This document shows positions 7,964 to 17,558 of a stretch of 64,000 nt of DNA, piece after piece. The notes beneath the pieces are model-generated. The model saw nothing but the letters and a program-made list of their open reading frames with translations, did no database searches and had not been told where the DNA came from. Origin of the DNA: an uncultured Gammaproteobacteria bacterium (GTDB taxonomy: Bacteria > Patescibacteriota > Patescibacteriia > Magasanikbacterales > GWA2-37-8); NCBI GenBank assembly GCA_964540825.1, contig CAZINT010000001.1, positions 69,315 through 133,314 of the forward strand, in the 5' to 3' direction. How positions within the stretch are numbered: the first letter of the stretch is position 1; every line of letters starts with the position of its first letter. A program made the position numbers and the translations under genes.

Positions 7964-9022
7964 ATGCCGCTAGTGTCACGTTTTAAACCTCAATATATCG
8001 GCCTCGTTGTAGTGGGACTTTTTTTGATTGTCGGCGCTGCAGTCGGGTATTTGTGGCTCCGAAAAAACGTGCCGCCGGCAATAGATACAATGCCTGAGCC
8101 GCCGGTTTCGTTGTGGCACAGTGCGTTGACCGGTTTACCGGTTGGCAGCGAAGCTGAAGAGCATCCGCAGGTGGTAGGGATTATGTTTGATAATCATGCC
8201 GATGCCCGGCCGCAGTCAGGTCTCGACAAGGCAAGTATCGTTTACGAAGCGCCGGTCGAAGGCGGAATCACTCGCTTTTTTGGAATTTTTTCGGCGAGTA
8301 CGACTGCTCTAAAGGTCGGCCCCGTCAGAAGCGCGCGCCCGTATTTTTTGGATTGGCTTCAGGAATATGGTGACGCAATGTACATGCATTCAGGGGGATC
8401 GCCCGAAGCATTGCGGCTTATTGGAGCACGGGATCTTTTTGATGCAAATGAATTTTATCGCGGGGCGTATTATTGGCGCGATGCCAGCCGCTTTGCCCCG
8501 CATAATTTATATTCAAGCAGCGCTAACTGGCAAAAAATGATTGTGAAGTATGGTGCCGATCGCACTGCCCTGCCGTGGGAAGGCTGGAAATTTGCTGACG
8601 AAACTACCCAGGCACGTACCGCTACGTCGCCGGTAAGTGTTATGGTTGCATATGCCAGTACCTACAAGGTTACCTGGCAATTTACCGCTGCAACGGGGCG
8701 GTATGCTCGCTTACTCAATGCTCAACCGTACACGACGCAAGAAGGCGTGCCGATCATTGCTGATTCGGTGGTTTTTCTTAGTATGAATGTCGCAACAATT
8801 GATGACGAAGGTAGGCGCGAAATTCAAACTGTTGGTTCAGGGGACGCTACAATTTTGACGGGTGGTAACCTAATCAGGGGTACGTGGAGAAAGAATGGTC
8901 TTACCGATCGAACGCGTTGGTATGACGCGGAGGGTGCTGAAATTACCTTAGTATCCGGGGTAACCTGGGTACAAATTGTACCCAGCGAAATTGGCCTTAC
9001 AATCGAGTCGAAAGACTCATAA
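7964..9022 (+). CDS. DUF3048 (YerB-like) domain protein with an N-terminal membrane anchor
   Basis: VVGIMFDNHADARPQSGLDKASIVYEAPVEGGITRFFGIF matches the DUF3048 core. Confidence 0.7.
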   Translation: MPLVSRFKPQYIGLVVVGLFLIVGAAVGYLWLRKNVPPAIDTMPEPPVSLWHSALTGLPVGSEAEEHPQVVGIMFDNHADARPQSGLDKASIVYEAPVEGGITRFFGIFSASTTALKVGPVRSARPYFLDWLQEYGDAMYMHSGGSPEALRLIGARDLFDANEFYRGAYYWRDASRFAPHNLYSSSANWQKMIVKYGADRTALPWEGWKFADETTQARTATSPVSVMVAYASTYKVTWQFTAATGRYARLLNAQPYTTQEGVPIIADSVVFLSMNVATIDDEGRREIQTVGSGDATILTGGNLIRGTWRKNGLTDRTRWYDAEGAEITLVSGVTWVQIVPSEIGLTIESKDS

Positions 9023-9875
9023 TGACCAGGCGATCAAACCCAGCTAAATCTTTGCGAAGCTCGATACTTGCCGTCGGCAAGTATTTTTTTATGAGCAAGC
9101 CTATACCACTCTGTTGACTTGGGTCAATTTCGAAATACACAACGAGTTTATTTTTATAGTAGGGGAGTAAGTTCCTGCTTATTTGCTCGAGTAATTGTCG
9201 GTACAAGGCTAAGCCGTTTTCAGCTGCGACCAAAGCTGATTTTGGCTCGCGTTGAATGCTTTTTTCCGCTTCAAATTGGCCAATAGTAAGGTACGGGAGG
9301 TTGGCCGTGATGACTATGGCAGATTCATTCAGGACTGCTTGATTTGGCTGATGATTAAAAAATGGTGCCAATAAGTTTCCTTTTAGAAGTGTAAGTTTTG
9401 TTTGGTGAAGTTGGCTGTTTTTTTGAGCAATTTTAAGAGCGCCTGAAGCAATGTCGGTAGCTAAAGCAATAATTTTTTGATGAGAGCATTTTTTAAGGAT
9501 GCTAATCGGTATACAGCCCGTGCCCGTGCCGATATCAATAAGTATGATGGTAGTCTGCTGTAAACTGCTTATGTATTCGCACGCAGCTTCAACCAGTATT
9601 TCAGTATCAGGACGGGGGATAAGGGTATGTGTAGTGACGTAAAAATCAAGACCGCAAAACTCTTTAGATCCGCGCAAAACAGCGACGGAGTAACCGCGCC
9701 GATACATCCAAAGAAAATAAAAAAACCGGAGCGTTTCGCTAACTGACAAACTATACTCCGGATGGGTAAAAATATATTCTTTTGTTTTTTTGAGTGCGAG
9801 TGACAGGAGGGCTTCAAAATCCTGATGCGGAATAAGCGAGTAGTACTTTTTTTCGAGCGCCTTGATACTGACCAT
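8997..9875 (-). CDS. prmC: release factor glutamine N5-methyltransferase PrmC/HemK
   Basis: DIGTGTGCI SAM motif and NLPY (NPPY-type) motif. Its start abuts the prfA stop. An alternative upstream Met at 9920 would overlap prfA. Confidence 0.8.
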   Translation of the reverse strand: MVSIKALEKKYYSLIPHQDFEALLSLALKKTKEYIFTHPEYSLSVSETLRFFYFLWMYRRGYSVAVLRGSKEFCGLDFYVTTHTLIPRPDTEILVEAACEYISSLQQTTIILIDIGTGTGCIPISILKKCSHQKIIALATDIASGALKIAQKNSQLHQTKLTLLKGNLLAPFFNHQPNQAVLNESAIVITANLPYLTIGQFEAEKSIQREPKSALVAAENGLALYRQLLEQISRNLLPYYKNKLVVYFEIDPSQQSGIGLLIKKYLPTASIELRKDLAGFDRLVIMSLSTRL

Positions 9876-9879
9876 ATTT

Positions 9880-10935
9880 TTAGGCGTCAAGCGCTTGGTC
9901 AGCTTCTTTGACCGCTGCAATAATAGGTTCTAAATGACCTTCGAGAATTGTGCTGATATTATTCCAGTTTTGGTGAATGCGGTGGTCGCTAATGCGATCC
10001 TGGGGGAAATTATAGGTACGAATTTTTTCACTGCGATCGCCGGTACCGATTTGACTGCGGCGTTTTTCAGATAATTCCGCTTCACGTTTTTCGCGTTCAA
10101 GTTCAAACAAGCGTGAGCGAAGCACCGCCATAGCTTTTTCGCGATTGGCAGTTTGCGAGCGTTCGTCTTGGCACTGCACCATCGTGCCGGTCGGAATGTG
10201 AACGATACGAACAGCCGAATAGGTGGTGTTAACACTCTGCCCGCCAGCACCGCCTGAACAAAACGTATCGATGCGTAAATCTTTGGCTTCGATTTTCATT
10301 TCCGTTTCTTCAATTTCGGGGAGGACTGCTACCGTAACGGTGGAGGTGTGAATACGCCCTGATTTTTCCGTATCCGGGACGCGCTGCACCCGGTGTACGC
10401 CCATTTCGTACTTCAGGTCGGCATAGACATTGTGCCCGGTAACGGAAAAAATAACTTCTTTGTAGCCGCCAATGCCAATTTTATTGCTATCAAGCAAGGT
10501 GGTTTTCCAGCCCTGGTTTTCAGCGTAGCGCTGGTACATGCGGGCAAGCTCAGCAGCAAAGAGTGCTGATTCGTCGCCGCCAACACCCGCCCGGATTTCG
10601 ACAATGACATTTTTTTTGTCGAGCGGGTCACGAACGCGCGTGAGTTCCACTAGTTCATTTTCCAAGGTTTGTTTTTTTGTCTGGAGTTCAGAGAGTTCGA
10701 TTTCAGCCAGGGCGCGCATTTCGCTGTCAGCTTCTGCATTTACCATTAAATCAGTTTCGGCAATTCCTTTTTCAACAGCTTCAAGCTCTTTAATTTTTTC
10801 CGCTACAATTTTGCCGTCACTATATTCCTGCGAAATTGTTTTTAATTTTTGAGTATTACCAATAACGGCCGGGTCCTGGAGGCTGGCTTCGAGTTCTCTA
10901 AAATGTTCAATAAATTGTTGATATTTGGGCAGCAT
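9880..10935 (-). CDS. prfA: peptide chain release factor 1
   Basis: GGQ motif ([12 protein letters not shown]). The RF1-type recognition region is VQRVPDTE. Confidence 0.9.
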   Translation of the reverse strand: MLPKYQQFIEHFRELEASLQDPAVIGNTQKLKTISQEYSDGKIVAEKIKELEAVEKGIAETDLMVNAEADSEMRALAEIELSELQTKKQTLENELVELTRVRDPLDKKNVIVEIRAGVGGDESALFAAELARMYQRYAENQGWKTTLLDSNKIGIGGYKEVIFSVTGHNVYADLKYEMGVHRVQRVPDTEKSGRIHTSTVTVAVLPEIEETEMKIEAKDLRIDTFCSGGAGGQSVNTTYSAVRIVHIPTGTMVQCQDERSQTANREKAMAVLRSRLFELEREKREAELSEKRRSQIGTGDRSEKIRTYNFPQDRISDHRIHQNWNNISTILEGHLEPIIAAVKEADQALDA

Positions 10936-10949
10936 ATGCTCGTTCTAAA

Positions 10950-10995
10950 AACTTCTGCTAAGAAAAAACAGACCAACCTAAAGAGAGTATAGTCT
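10950..10995 (-). terminator. hairpin plus T-run downstream of rpmE (weak; likely a partial terminator inside the rpmE-prfA-prmC operon)
   Basis: AAACAGAC ... GTCTGTTTTTT on the minus strand. Confidence 0.4.
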
Positions 10996-11015
10996 GTTTT
11001 TGGAAATTATAAAAG

Positions 11016-11318
11016 CTACTTGGCCTCTTTGCCTTCGGCTTCAGCTTTGGCTTTTTTCTTGGCAGCAGTGGCAGCCTTTTTGACTTTCTTGCCTTTGCGG
11101 GTAGCTGCGGCAGCTGAGATTTTTTCAGCGCGTTCCTGGAATTTCTCAACACGGCGAGCCGTATCAACAAATTTTTGTTTACCAGTGTAGAAAGGGTGGC
11201 AGGCACTGCAGAGTTCCACGCGAATTTCTTTCATGGTACTGCCTGTAACAAAGGTGTTTCCGCAAGCGCAGGTAACGACCGCGTCTACATGATATTCTGG
11301 ATGAATGTCCTTTTTCAT
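11016..11318 (-). CDS. rpmE: 50S ribosomal protein L31 with a Lys/Ala-rich C-terminal extension
   Basis: MKKDIHPEY...CxC...[11 protein letters not shown]. Confidence 0.9.
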   Translation of the reverse strand: MKKDIHPEYHVDAVVTCACGNTFVTGSTMKEIRVELCSACHPFYTGKQKFVDTARRVEKFQERAEKISAAAATRKGKKVKKAATAAKKKAKAEAEGKEAK

Positions 11319-11356
11319 ACTCTTTGGTGCTTAAAATGCAGGTTAAATGTGCGCTT

Positions 11357-11385
11357 AGTATAGCATGGGGGTGAAAGATTGTCAA
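11357..11385 (-). promoter_or_regulatory. consensus promoter TTGACA-N17-TATACT for rpmE
   Basis: Reverse complements read at 11380-11385 and 11357-11362. Confidence 0.6.
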
Positions 11386-11494
11386 TAATAACCGGGCTAT
11401 AGGCACTGTATTGCCAAAAAGTCATTGTTTAGTGTATACTGAGGGTAATTAAACGCTTATAAAGCGATCCCGATAGGGAATAAAGCGGTTAGGT

Positions 11495-12247
11495 ATGGAT
11501 GGTTTGCAGCCTCAAAGAGCTTGGTATAAACGATGGTGGGGAATACTACTCATCATTTTTTTGGTTATCGTGTTTATTATTATCGGTTTTGTCGCTGCAG
11601 TTACCTTTAGCTATTGGCGCCAAATTAAAAATGGCGGCGGAGCGCTGCTCGAGCAGGAAGTGTATAGCGGCTTTACAAAGGCTACTGATACATCGGCCTT
11701 TGGGTCAATCACTGCCCCGAGTCGTTCCGAGCTTGAGCGCTCGGACAGCCCGTATCTCGGGAACGCCGCTGCGCCGATTGTTATCGTTGAGTTTCTTGAT
11801 TTTCGTTGTCCGAACTGCGATACTGCGGCCCCGATTATGCGCCGGGTACTTGAAAAATATGGAAGCAAGATAAAGTATATTGCGCGCCATTTCCCTGTTG
11901 AATCAACACACCCTGGGGCATCACGGTATGCCGAGGTGGGGTGGTGTGCACAGCAGCAAGGACGATTTTGGCCCGTACTCAATTATTTTTTCGATCATCA
12001 GACCGATTTGTCTGACGTGTTGTCGCAATCTGAATTGGTCGCGGTAGCTGCGGCAACCCAACTTGATGTTGGAACGCTTACAGCTTGTCTGACAGGTTCA
12101 TCTGCTGCTAAGACTGCCGTGAATCGAGACTATGTTGATGGGGCAAAATTTGGCGTACGCGGCACGCCTACATTTTTTATTAACGGTGAAAAAGTAGAGG
12201 GTGTTATCCCGGAAGCAGTCTGGGAATCGTTCCTTAAACAACAATAA
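11495..12247 (+). CDS. membrane-anchored DsbA-family thiol:disulfide oxidoreductase
   Basis: N-terminal TM helix, thioredoxin fold with a CPNC active site. Confidence 0.8.
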   Translation: MDGLQPQRAWYKRWWGILLIIFLVIVFIIIGFVAAVTFSYWRQIKNGGGALLEQEVYSGFTKATDTSAFGSITAPSRSELERSDSPYLGNAAAPIVIVEFLDFRCPNCDTAAPIMRRVLEKYGSKIKYIARHFPVESTHPGASRYAEVGWCAQQQGRFWPVLNYFFDHQTDLSDVLSQSELVAVAAATQLDVGTLTACLTGSSAAKTAVNRDYVDGAKFGVRGTPTFFINGEKVEGVIPEAVWESFLKQQ

Positions 12248-12254
12248 ATTTCGT

Positions 12255-13658
12255 ATGTTTAAAAAAATCTACCTGATCGTTGTCTTCGGTACACTTTTGC
12301 TTTTGGGGCAGACTGCGCTTGCCCAGAGTGAGTCAAGTATTCCGGAACTCAATTCCTTATGCTGGCATAAGGCAGATTGTGTTGAGCAGCGTAAAGTGCT
12401 TGACCCGCTAGCCTCTCCGCAAGAATTAGAAAGAGGCTGGATTTCGCCGGAGGGTGATTGTAAAGGCGAGGATTGGGGTAAGTGTTTGCCTGCCGGGCAG
12501 ACGGAAACGAGTATTTCGTTTGGAGGCCGCAAACAGTTTTTGCATATCGGAGATTTTCTTGGAACAATGTATACCTATGCGATTGGCATTGCGGCTATTG
12601 TGGCGGTGCTTATGATTATTGTTTCGGGTTTTCAGTGGGCGCTTTCAGGCGGAAACAGTGAAACAATTTCTACGTCAAAATCACATATTGTTGGAGCTGT
12701 GATCGGGCTTTTAATTGTGTATTTATCATATTTTATTTTAAACACCCTTAATCCAACTCTGGTTAGTTTTCGTCTGCCGAGTGTCTGGATGGTTAAACCG
12801 CAAACCTCTATTCCGGCTTTTTGTTCGCAGCTGCCCGCTAGTACAAAATTTTCGTATGCTGCTGAATTTAAAGACCAAACCTCAGTGGTTAAACCGACAG
12901 ACAAAACCGTGTACGATATGTCACTTCAGGATACAAGTACCTCAAACCTGGAAAAATTTTATTGCGGCCATCGTTTTTTTGTTCAAAATGGCGGTAGTAA
13001 CACGTGCTTTGGCGACTACTGCCCGTCAGTAAACGGCAAAAGCGCATTTTGTATCTTTGATGGTGCTACTCAAAAATACGGCTGCCATGAAGGGAACATT
13101 TTTATCAATACAACGCATAATTCGCTTGTGAAAGATCTGTTCCCAGATTGGGCAACACGTGAATGGAATGACCCTTCGGTAAACACTATCCTTGATTTAG
13201 ATGCCCTTTGTTCGCCAACAACGGATTTTACATTGGGTATATCAAATTCAACCGTACAGTCTTTTGACGTAAAGCCCAGTAGTTACGCTGAAAATAAAAA
13301 GCAGAATATTGCTCTATCGATAGATCCTCAGAAAATTGATGAAGCAACACAGCGGTGTACGGGTAGCGGTGGTACGCTTAAGGGCTTTGTGCTTTCGTTT
13401 GACATGAACCAAAGCTATAACACGTCTAATCAGCGGCATTTTATTGGCACAAACGGTGAAGATTTAGGTGATGATTCGTTTTTCACTAAGCGATGGAATC
13501 AGATTCCGGTAAGTTATTTTTTTACGGGCGATCAGCTGAAGAAAAAGGTAATGTTAAATATTGAAGTGTCAAAAATAAAAGATATTTCTAATCTGTTTGG
13601 CAGAAGCAGTGTTGAAGATCAAAAAACATATTTTGAAAAATTTGGTATTTCACAATAG
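12255..13658 (+). CDS. secreted/membrane Cys-rich protein with a two-TM hairpin (VirB2/TrbC-pilin-like topology), function unknown
   Basis: Signal peptide MFKKIYLIVVFGTLLLLGQTALA. Central helices YAIGIAAIVAVLMIIVSGF and IVGAVIGLLIVYLSYFIL separated by a short loop. At least 14 Cys in the predicted extracellular parts. Confidence 0.55.
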   Translation: MFKKIYLIVVFGTLLLLGQTALAQSESSIPELNSLCWHKADCVEQRKVLDPLASPQELERGWISPEGDCKGEDWGKCLPAGQTETSISFGGRKQFLHIGDFLGTMYTYAIGIAAIVAVLMIIVSGFQWALSGGNSETISTSKSHIVGAVIGLLIVYLSYFILNTLNPTLVSFRLPSVWMVKPQTSIPAFCSQLPASTKFSYAAEFKDQTSVVKPTDKTVYDMSLQDTSTSNLEKFYCGHRFFVQNGGSNTCFGDYCPSVNGKSAFCIFDGATQKYGCHEGNIFINTTHNSLVKDLFPDWATREWNDPSVNTILDLDALCSPTTDFTLGISNSTVQSFDVKPSSYAENKKQNIALSIDPQKIDEATQRCTGSGGTLKGFVLSFDMNQSYNTSNQRHFIGTNGEDLGDDSFFTKRWNQIPVSYFFTGDQLKKKVMLNIEVSKIKDISNLFGRSSVEDQKTYFEKFGISQ

Positions 13659-13667
13659 TTAATCTAT

Positions 13668-16460
13668 ATGTCTGAAAATATTGTCATTAAAGGAGCGAGA
13701 GTTCACAATTTAAAAAATCTGACGATTGAAATTCCTAAGAATAAGCTCGTCGTTGTTACTGGTTTATCCGGCAGTGGAAAATCAAGTTTGGCCTTTGATA
13801 CGGTCTATGCCGAAGGTCAGCGCCGTTACGCCGAAAGTTTGTCGAGCTATGCCCGGCAATTTATGGAAACGCGTGATAAGCCTGACGTTGATTCAATCGA
13901 CGGATTGTCGCCAACTATTGCGATTGATCAGAAAATTTTTACCCAAAATCCCCGCTCCACGGTTGGAACCGTGACGGAAATTTATGATTACCTCCGCCTC
14001 CTGTTTGCGCGCGCTGGTGAACAGTACTGCCCGGACTGTCATATTTTGGTTGAGACGCATACTGCTGGCGAGGTGGTTGAAGCGGTCCGCGATTTGGCGC
14101 GTAAGAAAACGCTTGTTTTAATTTATGCACCCCTCATTCGCAAGGGTCATGTTGATCACAAAGTGCTGCTTGAACAGGTGGAAAAAACTGGGTATGAATG
14201 GCTGAGAATTGATGGCGAAGAAATAAAAATTAATGAGCTCGCTGATTTTGATTTTGACGCCAACAGTAACTACAACGTCGATTTATTGATCGGCAAAATT
14301 ACGGATATTAAAAAACAAGATCCAACCAAGCCGGTAGAAATTGCACTTGACCTGAGTGACGGTTTAGTAAACGTGGTAATTGATGAAAAGACTCAGGTAT
14401 TTTCAACGATTGGTCTGTGCTCAAACTGCGGCCGAACCATGCCAGTTCTTGATATGCGCAGCTTCAGCTTTAATAGTCCTTACGGTGCTTGTCAGCGCTG
14501 CACCGGTCTTGGAATTACGATGGAAGTTGATGCTGGTCTCGTGATACCGAATATGCGTCTTACCTTGGCAGAAGGCGCTATTCAGCCCTGGACACGCATT
14601 ACCGGTAGCCACAATGCCTATCAGAAATTATTGGCATCGGTAGCCGAAAAATATGGTTTTTCACTCAATACTCCAGTTGTCGATCTGCCGGCAAAAATGC
14701 TCAATATTATTTTGTATGGCACGGGTAGCGAAACCTTCCTGTCCGAAGGTAAAAAAATGACTTTTCCCGGGGTTATTCCTGATCTCATGGCCAAGCATTT
14801 AGAGACAACGTCTGAATATGTGCGCAAAGAAATAGAACAATACATGCGCGAAAAAATTTGCAGCGTGTGTCAGGGCAAACGTCTGCGTCCGGAGTCGTTG
14901 TCGGTGAAAATAGGTGAATACACTATTTCCGAGCTTGCTGCGATGAGTATTGAAGAAATGAAAGAGATTTTGCAGGCAAAAGTTAAGACTTCGAAATCGA
15001 AGATCATGCAATTAGTAACCAAAGAGATTGTTCCTCGCCTGACGAATTTAGAGCGTGTCGGTCTTAGTTATCTCAATATGGATCGCGCCATGAATACGTT
15101 GTCGGGCGGTGAAGTCACGCGCGTGCGCCTTGCAACTCAGTTATCAAGCGGGCTCTCAGGGATCATCTATATTCTTGACGAACCGTCGGTTGGTTTGCAT
15201 CCTCGCGATACTAAAAAATTGATTGAAACCCTTAAATATTTGCGTGATCTTGGCAACTCAATTTTGGTTGTCGAGCATGATGCCACTATGATGCATGCAG
15301 CAGACTACCTGATTGATATTGGCCCTGGAGCTGGTGTATACGGCGGAGAGCTCATGGCAGCTGGAACATTGCCGGATCTCAAAAAAGCCAAGCAATCACT
15401 CACGGCAGATTATTTGTTTGGACGCACTACAATTGCACGCCGTAAAAAATTACCTAAAAAAGGAGCAGCGGGAACAAAGTCGATTGTAATTACTGGTGCT
15501 CAAGCCCATAACCTCAAAAATGTTGATGTCGAAATTCCGCTGGGTCAGCTGGTTTGTGTAACTGGTGTTTCAGGTTCAGGTAAGTCTACGCTTATTATTG
15601 ATATTTTGAGTAAGGCCTTGGCCAAGCATTTTTATCGCGCCAAAGAAGAGCCGGGCGTTCATAAAGCAATTAAGGGTTTGTCAAATATCGATAAAGTTAT
15701 CGCGATTGATCAGTCGCCAATCGGACGAACGCCGCGTTCAAACCCGGCAACCTATACCGGTGTCTTTAATCTTATTCGTGATTTGTTTGCTGCACTCCCC
15801 GAGGCGCGTATGCGTGGGTACGATGCCGGCAAGTTTAGCTTTAATGTAAAAGGCGGCGGGCGCTGTGAGGCATGCAGCGGCGACGGCTCCATTCGTATTC
15901 CAATGCAATTTTTGGCCGACGTGTTTGTGGAATGTAACGAATGTAACGGCTGGAGATATAATCGCGAAGCCTTGGAGGTGCATTATCACAACAAACATAT
16001 TGCTGACGTTCTGCGTATGACGGTTGAAGAAGCGTATCAGTTCTTTGCGGATGTTGCCCCGATTGCTGAGAAATTAAACGTGCTTCGCGAAGTTGGTCTT
16101 GGCTACGTGCAGCTTGGACAATCCGCCACAACGCTTTCCGGCGGTGAGGCGCAGCGTATTAAATTGTCACTTGAACTTTCTCGCCATTCCACAGGCAAGA
16201 CATTATATATTCTTGACGAACCAACAACCGGTTTACATTTTGAAGATATCAAGCGCCTCCTCCAAGTACTTGATCGTTTGGTAGAAAAGGGAAATAGTGT
16301 TCTTATTATCGAACACAATGTTGAGCTCATCCGTTCGGCCGACTGGGTAATTGATATGGGCCCTGAGGGCGGCGACGGCGGCGGGGAAGTCGTGTGTGTC
16401 GGAACACCGGACGATATCCGTAAATGTAAAAAGAGCTGGACCGGAAAGTATTTGCTCTAA
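13668..16460 (+). CDS. uvrA: excinuclease ABC subunit A (canonical, full length)
   Basis: 930 aa. N-terminal GLSGSGKSSLAFDT, two ABC modules, Zn fingers, and a full insertion domain. Confidence 0.95.
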   Translation: MSENIVIKGARVHNLKNLTIEIPKNKLVVVTGLSGSGKSSLAFDTVYAEGQRRYAESLSSYARQFMETRDKPDVDSIDGLSPTIAIDQKIFTQNPRSTVGTVTEIYDYLRLLFARAGEQYCPDCHILVETHTAGEVVEAVRDLARKKTLVLIYAPLIRKGHVDHKVLLEQVEKTGYEWLRIDGEEIKINELADFDFDANSNYNVDLLIGKITDIKKQDPTKPVEIALDLSDGLVNVVIDEKTQVFSTIGLCSNCGRTMPVLDMRSFSFNSPYGACQRCTGLGITMEVDAGLVIPNMRLTLAEGAIQPWTRITGSHNAYQKLLASVAEKYGFSLNTPVVDLPAKMLNIILYGTGSETFLSEGKKMTFPGVIPDLMAKHLETTSEYVRKEIEQYMREKICSVCQGKRLRPESLSVKIGEYTISELAAMSIEEMKEILQAKVKTSKSKIMQLVTKEIVPRLTNLERVGLSYLNMDRAMNTLSGGEVTRVRLATQLSSGLSGIIYILDEPSVGLHPRDTKKLIETLKYLRDLGNSILVVEHDATMMHAADYLIDIGPGAGVYGGELMAAGTLPDLKKAKQSLTADYLFGRTTIARRKKLPKKGAAGTKSIVITGAQAHNLKNVDVEIPLGQLVCVTGVSGSGKSTLIIDILSKALAKHFYRAKEEPGVHKAIKGLSNIDKVIAIDQSPIGRTPRSNPATYTGVFNLIRDLFAALPEARMRGYDAGKFSFNVKGGGRCEACSGDGSIRIPMQFLADVFVECNECNGWRYNREALEVHYHNKHIADVLRMTVEEAYQFFADVAPIAEKLNVLREVGLGYVQLGQSATTLSGGEAQRIKLSLELSRHSTGKTLYILDEPTTGLHFEDIKRLLQVLDRLVEKGNSVLIIEHNVELIRSADWVIDMGPEGGDGGGEVVCVGTPDDIRKCKKSWTGKYLL

Positions 16461-16467
16461 ACTAAAT

Positions 16468-16499
16468 AAAAAATCTCCCAAATGCTTGGGAGATTTTTT
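16468..16499. terminator. bidirectional intrinsic terminator between uvrA and rplS
   Basis: AAAAAATCTCCCAAATGCTTGGGAGATTTTTT. Confidence 0.8.
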
Positions 16500-16506
16500 A
16501 TTTTTC

Positions 16507-16863
16507 TTATTTTGCAGTAGTTGGAGCTTTCTTTTCAACCATCTTGCGTTTGAAGTCTTTGTCGCGCAGGAAGTTAAGTTTAGCGCGGCGAACTTCGAAC
16601 TGGCGAACAATTTCGATCTTGGCAATCACTGGGGAGAGGATTGGGTAGATCTTTTCTACACCAATGCCTTCAGAGACTTTGCGAACGGTGATCGTGGCGC
16701 CAGCTTCATTGCCGTGTTTCACGGAGATAATGGTGCCTTCGTAGATTTGAATACGTTCCTTTTCTTCACCTTTAGTGTTGGTTTCTTTAATTTTTTGATG
16801 AACTTTGACGACCATGCCCGGTTTATACTGGACTGGAGCGTTTGCTTGCATTTCTTCGGCCAT
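16507..16863 (-). CDS. rplS: 50S ribosomal protein L19
   Basis: Typical L19 sequence (...RRAKLYYLR-like end). Confidence 0.9.
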   Translation of the reverse strand: MAEEMQANAPVQYKPGMVVKVHQKIKETNTKGEEKERIQIYEGTIISVKHGNEAGATITVRKVSEGIGVEKIYPILSPVIAKIEIVRQFEVRRAKLNFLRDKDFKRKMVEKKAPTTAK

Positions 16864-16942
16864 ACAAATCTTGGGTTAAAATGTGATTTCGAGTGTCCAG
16901 CGGAAGGGCCGGGGCCAGCTCTGAAGTAAATAAGGTAGGCCT

Positions 16943-16971
16943 ATTTTAGCTAAATTAGGCTTTTTTGTCAA
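16943..16971 (-). promoter_or_regulatory. promoter TTGACA-N17-TAAAAT for rplS, located in the 3' end of gmk
   Basis: Reverse complements at 16966-16971 and 16943-16948. Confidence 0.5.
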
Positions 16972-17542
16972 TACCCGAGGTCGTAGCTATGGCTGGCTCA
17001 ATTATTTTGGCTATTTTCTCAATAGTTTCCGAAAGCTTACCTTCTTTATTAATGATCTGATTTTGGAACATTTCACGCTTGCCAAGCTCAAATTCAGCCG
17101 ATTTAAGCCGAGTTTGGAAGTCTCCTTCGGACATTTCGCCGCGGTTTTTGATATGGTCAACCATCTGTTCTTGAGATTCGGGCACCAAAAAGATGGTTAG
17201 GCAATTCCCCGGAAAGGTTTTCATCAGCTGTTCAGCGCCTTGCACATCAATATTAAAAAGTACCGGATTAGTCTGTAAAATTTCAACTGTTTCGTCTTTT
17301 GCGGTACCGTAATAATCACCATGCACTTTAGCCCATTCCAAGAAACCGTTGGCTTCTTTTTTTTGCGTAAACTCTTCAACTGTAACGTAGTACATTTTTT
17401 TATCTTCCGTTGAAAGCGTGCGCGGCTTGCGGGTTGTGTAGGTTACACTCGAGCGCAGCTCGGGGTACATTTTGAAAAGGGCTTTGGCAACTGTTGTTTT
17501 GCCAACGCCGGCAGGGCCGCTAATGATGATAAGAGGGTGCAT
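16955..17542 (-). CDS. gmk: guanylate kinase
   Basis: P-loop GPAGVGKTT plus Gmk core. Confidence 0.85.
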   Translation of the reverse strand: MHPLIIISGPAGVGKTTVAKALFKMYPELRSSVTYTTRKPRTLSTEDKKMYYVTVEEFTQKKEANGFLEWAKVHGDYYGTAKDETVEILQTNPVLFNIDVQGAEQLMKTFPGNCLTIFLVPESQEQMVDHIKNRGEMSEGDFQTRLKSAEFELGKREMFQNQIINKEGKLSETIEKIAKIIEPAIATTSGIDKKA

Positions 17543-17558
17543 AAAAAAGTACAATTTG

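Noticed and set aside
9569-10852. Antisense or internal ORFs within prmC and prfA (9569..9817, 9930..10250, 10413..10631, 10538..10852)
   Set aside because: They lie entirely inside well-supported housekeeping genes in other frames, with low-complexity translations.
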